This document shows positions 31,914 through 37,751 of a DNA stretch of 37,751 nucleotides, piece after piece. The first letter of the stretch is position 1, and every line of letters starts with the position of its first letter. The notes below the pieces were generated by a model that did no database searches, was not told where the DNA came from, and was given only the letters and a program-made list of their open reading frames with translations. The stretch is from an uncultured Ruminococcus sp. Its GTDB lineage: Bacteria > Bacillota > Clostridia > UBA1212 > UBA1255. The stretch spans positions 1 through 37,751 of the forward strand of contig CADBOE010000124.1 in the NCBI GenBank assembly GCA_902796205.1, given 5' to 3'. Both the position numbers and the translations under genes were made by a program.

Positions 31914-33353
31914 CCTGGCAAAGTCGACCGTGAAGACCTTCTCCCCGTTTCCGTCGCGCGTGCGTGCCGTGACCTCGGCGTGCGCCGTTTCGTTGTCCGT
32001 AAACGTGATCTTTATGTGATCGGCGAGAGCGTACGCGTCGTCAAACGGCATTATCTCCCCCTGATAATATACGGGATCGAGCGAAACCACCATGGAGAAA
32101 TGCGGATAGTAACGATCCGCGCAATCCACGATCTGCCCTGTCAGCATCCCGTCGTAACGGCCGACAAGATCAAAATCGAGAGCCGCAAACTGCGCGCGGG
32201 CAATATATCCGGCGTCCTTCAAAATACATTTGTCATCGAAGAACTTTTCGCCGCCTGCCTTCTCGCTGTTTTTAAGATTTTCGCCCGCGATATCATCCGG
32301 AGAATATCTCAGATTCCTGTACAGATCCATAAACGTACCGATCAGCTCTTCCGCCGCTTCAGCGGTCAGCTTTCCGGCGTCTCTTTCGCGGATCCGTTCG
32401 TATTCCTTCCATGAATCTTCCAATTTTTTCCGCCGAGTCTGAAGCTCTTCCGCGGAGAACGCGCCTTCGGGGCGATACTCAAAGCAGTCCGGGGCTCCGA
32501 TATACGCCCGGAACGATTCAGGGGTGAACATCCTTCCGATATCGAACGGGTCGACGAAATAACGGAGCTCGTCCGCGGTAAACAGCAGACCGTCATGCGG
32601 ATAAGCATATCTGTCGTCGGCTTTGAAATGCGAGCGGATCCTGTTTTCGTCACCCGAATACAGCACCTCGATGTCCTCGTACGAAAGAGCGGTAAATCTG
32701 AAATAATCGGATCTCCGCTGCCAGTCCGTAAATTCTGTCAGCTCTTCTCTGGGCAGCCCTGTTTTTTCTATTTCATAGCTGATACGCGGGAGACTCGCGG
32801 GATTGCTGACGTACTCTCTTTTCAAAGCCGAATCGAAGCCGTATAAAGCGTAAGGAAAACCGTGAGGCAGACCGCCGACGATATAACGGTCTTTTCTGCC
32901 TGTGAACGCGTCCACGGGGGCGTCGCCGGACGTCCGGTCAAACGACGTGAAAGATTCTTTTTGAGGCAGGCCGGAGGATTTCCATTTCTCATATTCCTCC
33001 GGATGAGCCGAGCGCCACTCTATCCACGCGCCGTAATCTATCAGATACAACGGCAACGGAGTCTGATCGGGTGCAGGTTCCGTCGGCTGAGCGACTGATT
33101 CGGTCGGAACGGCTGAAGGCTCCGCAGTTTCTGCCGGTTCAGCAGGCTCAGCCGTCGCCTCCGGCGAATAAGGCGAAGCGGCCGGCGGTGTCGCTGAAGC
33201 GGCCGCCGTATTCTCCGCCGCGGTCGGGGTGCTGTTTTCGCTCCCCGTCCGGGACGACGTCCGCCCGCAGGAGCAGAGACAGCACAGCAAAATTGAAAGC
33301 AATAAAGATAATAGCGTGAACGCCCGAAAAGAAAAATGCCTGTTTGCTTTCAT
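31857..33353 (-). CDS. Orphan lipoprotein (498 aa) with Ala/Pro/Glu/Thr-rich linker; function unknown
   Basis: Signal plus lipobox LLSILLCCLCSCG. The low-complexity linker is followed by a ~380-aa globular region with no motif I recognise. The 3' end overlaps the convergent gltS-like gene by 57 nt. Confidence 0.7.
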   Translation of the reverse strand: MKANRHFSFRAFTLLSLLLSILLCCLCSCGRTSSRTGSENSTPTAAENTAAASATPPAASPYSPEATAEPAEPAETAEPSAVPTESVAQPTEPAPDQTPLPLYLIDYGAWIEWRSAHPEEYEKWKSSGLPQKESFTSFDRTSGDAPVDAFTGRKDRYIVGGLPHGFPYALYGFDSALKREYVSNPASLPRISYEIEKTGLPREELTEFTDWQRRSDYFRFTALSYEDIEVLYSGDENRIRSHFKADDRYAYPHDGLLFTADELRYFVDPFDIGRMFTPESFRAYIGAPDCFEYRPEGAFSAEELQTRRKKLEDSWKEYERIRERDAGKLTAEAAEELIGTFMDLYRNLRYSPDDIAGENLKNSEKAGGEKFFDDKCILKDAGYIARAQFAALDFDLVGRYDGMLTGQIVDCADRYYPHFSMVVSLDPVYYQGEIMPFDDAYALADHIKITFTDNETAHAEVTARTRDGNGEKVFTVDFARSFDRWRISGGSLLDVISA

Positions 33354-33427
33354 GTTGAAGCCCCCCGTTTTCCGATTTCCGTTTTTTCAAAGCAGCGGTC
33401 ACGTCTGCGCCCGCTTTTGTGTTTATA

Positions 33428-33455
33428 ATTGTAAATTTTTTTTTGCGTTTGTCAA
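33428..33455 (-). promoter_or_regulatory. SigA-type promoter TTGACA-16 nt-TACAAT for the 498-aa lipoprotein gene
   Basis: The minus strand reads TTGACAaacgcaaaaaaaaattTACAAT. The -35 is at 33455-33450 and the -10 at 33433-33428, about 75 nt upstream of ATG 33353. Confidence 0.6.
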
Positions 33456-33469
33456 CGTTTTTTGTTATT

Positions 33470-33502
33470 TGTCGATTATCTGTCGATTATCTGTCGATTT
33501 TC
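33470..33502 (-). promoter_or_regulatory. Three helically phased 11-bp direct repeats (minus strand GATAATCGACA / + strand TGTCGATTATC) just upstream of the -35; candidate response-regulator/activator binding sites
   Basis: + strand copies at 33470-33480, 33481-33491 and 33492-33502 (the third reads TGTCGATTTTC). The nearest copy is 14 bp from the -35 hexamer. Confidence 0.45.
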
Positions 33503-33536
33503 CGCCGAAAGGAGCGCGTCGAAAGGAACCGCTATG

Positions 33537-33578
33537 TAAAAAAAGAGCGGAAACCGGTCTTTCATGCGTCAGACCGGG
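33537..33578 (-). terminator. Candidate intrinsic terminator downstream of the GH127 gene
   Basis: The minus strand reads CCGGTCTgacgcatgaaAGACCGG followed by TTTCCGCTCTTTTTTT. The stems are at 33577-33571 and 33560-33554. The U-tract is interrupted. Confidence 0.45.
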
Positions 33579-33595
33579 CCTCCGCTCACGCTTCA

Positions 33596-33639
33596 GCTTA
33601 TGCTTATGCTTATGCTTATGCTTATGCTTATGCTTATGC
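33596..33639. repeat. Hexanucleotide microsatellite (GCTTAT)7 on the + strand, (ATAAGC)7 on the minus strand
   Basis: Seven perfect copies at 33596-33637 plus a partial GC. It lies between the GH127 stop (33679) and the candidate terminator, that is, in the putative 3' UTR. Confidence 0.95.
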
Positions 33640-33678
33640 GCGGTCTCAGGTATCAGCCTGTGCGCAGGGTCATTAGAA

Positions 33679-35511
33679 TCATCCCGAAAGTCCGGAGAAC
33701 CACACGAGCATATCGTCCTCTCCCCTGTTCGCAAAAGCATAATACGGGATCATATGCAGCGTAATATCCTCATACCGCGCCCCTGAAACAGGAAAATACA
33801 GACGGCCGGAAGTGTCAGGCAGCTCCGCCGTTGCCTTCAGTTCGAGCTCGGGAAGCCCGAAACGCTCGGACGGGATCACAGCCGCGTCTTTTCCGCAGCC
33901 GGAAGGGAGAAGGACGGACCGTAGGTCCCTGCCGCCGTTGTCCGCGCTCTCGGCGCAATACACCACCGGGCCGCGCGTCACGGCAAATTTTCCGGAATCA
34001 TCCCAGACCCTGACGTCGGAACGTATGACGGTAACGGGCATATCGAACTCGACCGTGACGTCGCTGTCTTCGAAAACGGCATACCCGTTCAGCATGACGT
34101 ACCGCCCGCTTGCCCTGAAGCTTTCGCACCAGCCCGGGATCCTCACGTGAACTTTTCCGGCCCCCTCAGTCCGCACCCGGACTTTCCCGGATAGCGGATA
34201 ATCCGTTTCGACCGCGGCCCGCAGACCGCCGCTTGCGAAACCGCCGGGAGCAAACTGATTCACGTAAATTTCGTCGCCGTCAACGGCATAAATATAATCT
34301 CCGAGAGACGCGAGCAGCCGGTTCATATTCGGAGGACAGCAGGAGCATTCGAACACCTTCACACGCTGAGTGATCGGCAGTCTCAGCCTGTCGCGCGTCG
34401 CCTTGATCTTGTAATGATTCCGGAGATTGATCTCGAGCGGATTTTCATAGAAGAAGCAGTCGCCGGAGAGCGAAAGGCCGGAAATGATGCCGTTGTACAG
34501 AAGCCTCTCTACAACGTCGGCGTATCCGGCATTCTTTTCAAGCAGCAGCATGCGCTGGCTGAAAAACGCGAGCGCTATTCCGGCGCACGTCTCGGTGTAC
34601 GCGCTTTCGGAAGGCAGATCGTACGGGACCGTGAAAGCCTCGCCGAAACACGTTGACCCTATACCTCCCGTGACGTACATTTTCCGCGCGGCGATATCGT
34701 GCCAGATCGCCCTGCACGAATCCGCGATCCCGGCGTCGCCCGTCTCCAGCGCGTAATCGGCCATTGCCGCGTAGAAATAGCACGCTCTCACGCTGTGGCC
34801 CACCGCCTCCCGCGCCTCACGCGCCGGAACGTCCTGCTGATACAGGCGGTTAAAGCTTTCGTGCGACGGAACGTCGGCGTCCGCCTGCCCCCGCCGGTCA
34901 ACGAAATATTTTGCGAGCGTCAGATATTTCGCGAGCCCCGTCGCGCGGTAAAGTCTGAACAGCGCCATCTCGATCTCCTCGTGCCCGGGCGTATCAAAAG
35001 CGGCGGAATGCTCCACGCGGAATATCCTGTCGACGAGATCGGCATATCTCATCATTATTTTCAGGAAGCGGTCTCTCCCGGTCGCCTCGTAGTAGGCAAC
35101 GGCCGCCTCGATGAGATGCCCGCAGCAGTAAAGCTCGTGATTTCCTCTGACGGTGAAGCGGTTCTGCGGCTCTATGACCGTATAATAGCTGTTTACGTAA
35201 CCGTCCTCCCACTGATTGGCCTCGATATCGTCGATCACCGATTCGATTTTCGCCGTAAGCTCCGCGTCCGGCCGTTTCGCGAGAATATACGACGCTCCCT
35301 CGATCCACTTCGCCACGTCCGAATCCCAGAAGATATGCGGCCTTCCGGGCTCACCCTCCTTCCAGGAACACGAAAACGCCCGCACCCTTCCCGTTTCATA
35401 AAAGCGGTCGTACACGGCTTTGACCGTGACGTCCTCGTTGAGTTTCCCGGCTCTGTATAAAAAGCCGCCGTCGATCCGCGTATCGGCAAATCCTATCTGT
35501 TTTAAATTCAT
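33679..35511 (-). CDS. GH127-family beta-L-arabinofuranosidase-like protein (DUF1680/HypBA1-type)
   Basis: Motifs YTETCAGIA and ECSCCPPNMNR match the Glu/Cys zinc-site and catalytic-Cys motifs known for GH127 HypBA1. The N-terminus is ...FWDSDVAKWIEGASY. The start is placed at ATG 35511 (RBS AAAGGAAG, MNLKQIGFADT...). The 108-codon upstream extension of the ORF is Arg/Pro-rich and spans the promoter region. Confidence 0.85.
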   Translation of the reverse strand: MNLKQIGFADTRIDGGFLYRAGKLNEDVTVKAVYDRFYETGRVRAFSCSWKEGEPGRPHIFWDSDVAKWIEGASYILAKRPDAELTAKIESVIDDIEANQWEDGYVNSYYTVIEPQNRFTVRGNHELYCCGHLIEAAVAYYEATGRDRFLKIMMRYADLVDRIFRVEHSAAFDTPGHEEIEMALFRLYRATGLAKYLTLAKYFVDRRGQADADVPSHESFNRLYQQDVPAREAREAVGHSVRACYFYAAMADYALETGDAGIADSCRAIWHDIAARKMYVTGGIGSTCFGEAFTVPYDLPSESAYTETCAGIALAFFSQRMLLLEKNAGYADVVERLLYNGIISGLSLSGDCFFYENPLEINLRNHYKIKATRDRLRLPITQRVKVFECSCCPPNMNRLLASLGDYIYAVDGDEIYVNQFAPGGFASGGLRAAVETDYPLSGKVRVRTEGAGKVHVRIPGWCESFRASGRYVMLNGYAVFEDSDVTVEFDMPVTVIRSDVRVWDDSGKFAVTRGPVVYCAESADNGGRDLRSVLLPSGCGKDAAVIPSERFGLPELELKATAELPDTSGRLYFPVSGARYEDITLHMIPYYAFANRGEDDMLVWFSGLSG

Positions 35512-35584
35512 ACCGTTCTTCCTTTCTGAAGCCGTCCGCGCCGTGCGAGGCGACAATGACGGAAAAGCTGAAATGACCGCAATG

Positions 35585-35613
35585 ATTCTAACATCTGCAC
35601 GCCTCAAAAACAA
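35585..35613 (-). promoter_or_regulatory. Promoter TTGTTT-17 nt-TAGAAT with extended -10 TG for the GH127 gene
   Basis: The minus strand reads TTGTTTttgaggcgtgcagaTGtTAGAAT. The -35 is at 35613-35608 and the -10 at 35590-35585. Confidence 0.5.
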
Positions 35614-35614
35614 G

Positions 35615-35643
35615 TTGAATAACGCCGCGCTTAAATGTACAAT
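35615..35643 (+). promoter_or_regulatory. Promoter TTGAAT-17 nt-TACAAT for the GH15-like gene, back-to-back with the GH127 promoter
   Basis: The + strand reads TTGAATaacgccgcgcttaaatgTACAAT. Its -35 (35615-35620) is separated by 1 bp from the -35 of the divergent promoter. Confidence 0.5.
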
Positions 35644-35735
35644 TTGCTTGCGGTTCAAGTGCATTTTCGCGCGTCCGGCGCGGGAGGCGTCCGGCGGAGG
35701 GCGCGTTATCAACAACGAAACGGCGGAGAAACGAC

Positions 35736-37511
35736 ATGACAGTACATTGCATCGGAAACGGCAGGGTCTGCGTTTACGGAAAAGGAACGGAAATATTCCA
35801 GGCATTCGGGCCCGATTATTCGTCTCCGGAGGCATTCAGGCTCAGGGAAGAAGCGGCTCCCTGCACTCTGGCCGCGGCGGAAACGAAAACGGAAAAGATC
35901 TCACGCATCGCCTTCAGGCACGTCGGACCCGGACGCGAGATTTTCGACTACATCCCGCCCGGCCCGGCCGCGTTCACGAGACGGATAAACGGAAGCGCCC
36001 GCTTCATCGTCTCTTTTGAGAACGGCCGCATCAGTCCGTCCCCGTTTGACGATACCGTGATCGCGATAACACGCCCCGGAGCCCCGTCGTATATCTACGA
36101 ATTCGAAAACAGTATCCCTCACGCCTATACGTCGTCGCGGTTCAGATACACGGCTTTCAGATACGAAGGCGCGGTCAGGTGCGTCGCGCTGTCGGACAGC
36201 GAGATGAGAATAGAAACGGAAGGAGAAGCGCTTCTCCTTTTCGCGTTCGCCCCGACTCCCGAATCGCTGTCCGGTCAGCTTGAAGACGCCCGCGAGGCAG
36301 TTCGCAGCATCCGGAATTACGGCGATCCGCGCCTGTTCCCCGAAACGGATATCGGCGTTGCCGGAGACCACCCTTACAGGAAGGCGATCGCCGACGGTTA
36401 TGACGTGATCGCGGCCCAGCAGTCCGACGCCGGTTCGGTACTCGCCGGCTACAATTATCACCTCAGCTACGTGAGGGACAATTACGGCGTGTTCCGTTTC
36501 CTGCTCGCGGCCGGAGCATATCCGCGGGCAAGGCGCATGCTGGATTATTACGTAAAGGTTTTCCGGGAATACGGCAGGATCCAGAACGCCCAGGGAATGA
36601 CCGAGTACGCGTTTCACGTCCACGAGAACGACAACGTCGAGATCACCGGATATCTCGTGCTGATGTTCACGTCGTATTACGCAGCGACCGGAGACAACGC
36701 AATGCTTGCCGAAGGCAGGGCGCTGATAGAATACTGCCTTCGCGCGCAGCACGGAAGCATGACGCGCGGAATGCTCACATTTAACGGAGACGAGACGTAT
36801 ATCGCCGGCGGCTTTCTTCCGCGCAGCGCCTTAAACGACGGCTCGGCGGAGGCAACGGCGCTTTATCACAAGGCGATATCCGGTATTCTGTTATGCGCGT
36901 CGCAGGGCGCGGCAGCACTGTCACGCGCGACTGAAGACTGTATAAAAGCCGATCTGGCGGAAATTGAACGGTGCTTCGGGAAGCGCTTCTTCGGAGCTGA
37001 CGGCACGTTTTACTGCAACTGCCCCGACAGCGGCTTCGCCCCGCTGATAAGGCCCGGCGGCCCACTTCAGTGCGGGCACGGCTTCGGAATGAGCTACAGG
37101 AACGGAAACGGAGACTACGTATGTCCGGATTGCTTCCGCAGGGAGCTCCCCCCGCTCTTCCCCGGTCTTTACGGAAGGCGTTTCACGACGGAGGCTGCGA
37201 TATTGTCCCCGGCGTTCGCGGAAGCAGGCTTGATTCCGGACGATAAGGCGAAATCAACGGCGCTGAAGGTCCTTTCGGAGCTTCCCTCGCGGGAGCGGTT
37301 CGTCGGATATGAATACGGAATGGCAATGTTCGCCGCCGGTTTCGACGCCGGCACGGCCGCGAAGATGCTGTCGCTCAGAGACGAATTCGGCGCGTGGAGC
37401 GAGTATTACGAACGCGGCGCCCTGAGCGGGACTCTCTGCCGCCCGTGGGAAACGGCCGTCAATCTCGCCGCGCTGATAGAAACGTTCCGGAGAGCCGGCT
37501 GCGGTGTATAA
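35736..37511 (+). CDS. GH15-like six-hairpin (alpha/alpha)6 glycoside hydrolase family protein with an inserted Cys-rich segment
   Basis: RBS GGAG lies 7 nt before the ATG. The N-terminal pattern CIGNGRVCVYGKGTEIFQAFGPDYSSPEAF resembles the bacterial GH15 N-domain signature. YNYHLSYVRDNYGVFRFLLAAGAYPRARRMLDYY resembles the start of the GH15 catalytic domain. The Cys cluster is CNCPDSGF...CGHGF...CPDCF. The family call comes from pattern memory only. Confidence 0.6.
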   Translation: MTVHCIGNGRVCVYGKGTEIFQAFGPDYSSPEAFRLREEAAPCTLAAAETKTEKISRIAFRHVGPGREIFDYIPPGPAAFTRRINGSARFIVSFENGRISPSPFDDTVIAITRPGAPSYIYEFENSIPHAYTSSRFRYTAFRYEGAVRCVALSDSEMRIETEGEALLLFAFAPTPESLSGQLEDAREAVRSIRNYGDPRLFPETDIGVAGDHPYRKAIADGYDVIAAQQSDAGSVLAGYNYHLSYVRDNYGVFRFLLAAGAYPRARRMLDYYVKVFREYGRIQNAQGMTEYAFHVHENDNVEITGYLVLMFTSYYAATGDNAMLAEGRALIEYCLRAQHGSMTRGMLTFNGDETYIAGGFLPRSALNDGSAEATALYHKAISGILLCASQGAAALSRATEDCIKADLAEIERCFGKRFFGADGTFYCNCPDSGFAPLIRPGGPLQCGHGFGMSYRNGNGDYVCPDCFRRELPPLFPGLYGRRFTTEAAILSPAFAEAGLIPDDKAKSTALKVLSELPSRERFVGYEYGMAMFAAGFDAGTAAKMLSLRDEFGAWSEYYERGALSGTLCRPWETAVNLAALIETFRRAGCGV

Positions 37512-37637
37512 CGCCGGAGCGGGAAAAGGCGTCAGAGGGCCCGGCGGTGATGAATAGCGACGCGTCCGGAAAAGGCAGCGGAGAGTCGGCTGCGGATATA
37601 ATCAGAATTATTTCAGTCGCAAATGATGATTTTGGCG

Positions 37638-37680
37638 AAATGCGGCTGAAACAGTCACGAAACGTTCAGCCGCATTTTTT
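37638..37680 (+). terminator. Strong intrinsic terminator hairpin between convergent genes; a single copy of the hairpin-repeat family seen at 1-230
   Basis: AAATGCGGCTGAA (37638-37650), a 14-nt loop, then TTCAGCCGCATTT (37665-37677) running into TTTTTT. The stem and loop are clearly homologous to the 54-bp tandem units (TGCGGCTGAAAC...TTCAGCCGCA). Confidence 0.75.
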
Positions 37681-37701
37681 CCGGGCCTCGGCGGGAGACG
37701 G

Positions 37702-37751
37702 TCAGTTTTCCTCCTGCTGACCGCTGCCGAACTTTTCCGGATTCAGGAGAA
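37702..37751 (-). CDS. Possible 3' end of a minus-strand gene running off the window (...LLNPEKFGSGQQEEN-stop)
   Basis: An open frame runs from the window edge to TGA at 37704-37702, about 20 nt before the hairpin at 37638-37680. Only 16 codons are visible, so this is weak. Confidence 0.3.
   Translation of the reverse strand, partial: LLNPEKFGSGQQEEN

Noticed and set aside
33419-33764. ORFs encoding AYAYAY / HKHKHK / LMLMLM through the hexanucleotide repeat
   Set aside because: They are pure translations of the (GCTTAT)7 microsatellite in intergenic DNA, with no RBS and no flanking protein-like sequence.
35512-35835. A 108-codon N-terminal extension of the GH127 ORF
   Set aside because: The extension is Arg/Pro/Cys-rich nonsense that overlaps the divergent gene's start and both predicted promoters. 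ATG 35511 has a strong RBS and begins the conserved GH127 N-terminus.
1-37751. A mobile genetic element, prophage, defence island or CRISPR-Cas system
   Set aside because: No integrase, transposase, recombinase, RAYT, cas, restriction-modification, toxin-antitoxin or phage structural motifs were recognised in any frame. The gene content is housekeeping plus carbohydrate metabolism. The only mobile-looking features are the short non-autonomous repeats.

Overview
This is a GC-rich (by eye, not computed), densely coding chromosomal window. It looks Firmicutes/Clostridia-like: strong GGAGG-type RBSs, SigA-type TTGACA/TATAAT promoters, lgt, a SEDS protein and mutL-miaA adjacency. I recognised no rRNA, tRNA, true CRISPR array, transposase, integrase or phage genes.

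Housekeeping backbone:
- An HtrA-like protease.
- A tightly spaced minus-strand run: metG, then a 986-aa secreted glycosidase/CBM32 protein, then mutL, then miaA.
- A RodA/FtsW-family protein, lgt, ribF and a polysaccharide deacetylase.

Carbohydrate-flavoured genes:
- A xylose-isomerase-fold protein, a 731-aa uncharacterised protein and an FGGY (xylulokinase-like) kinase.
- An EEP-family lipoprotein.
- A GH127-like beta-L-arabinofuranosidase, divergent from a GH15-like six-hairpin protein.

Other genes are an MBL-fold hydrolase, an amidohydrolase, a PlsC-type acyltransferase, a GltS-like symporter and several orphan lipoproteins or membrane proteins.

Observations most worth follow-up:
1. A same-strand cluster of orphan lipoprotein, TlpA-like thioredoxin lipoprotein, a 46-aa membrane CXXC micro-ORF and a NapH-like membrane polyferredoxin. 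The micro-ORF is below the ORF-track cutoff and its start overlaps the tlpA stop as ATGA. This is a candidate CcdA/DsbD-independent extracytoplasmic thiol-redox module.
2. A very abundant dispersed repeat of about 26 bp (core GGTCTGTCCCC). There are 16 copies in five intergenic loci, including a perfectly phased 7 x 34 bp tandem array that supplies the last codons of the polyferredoxin ORF.
3. A second repeat family of terminator-like hairpins. It forms a tandem array of at least 4.3 copies at the left window edge and a single copy acting as a convergent-gene terminator at 37.6 kb.
4. Many short tandem repeats inside or across genes: the mutL linker, an FGGY kinase loop, an MBL insert and the lgt stop codon. 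There are also phased 11-bp direct repeats upstream of a lipoprotein promoter.

All functional calls rest on motifs I read in the translations. No database search was run.
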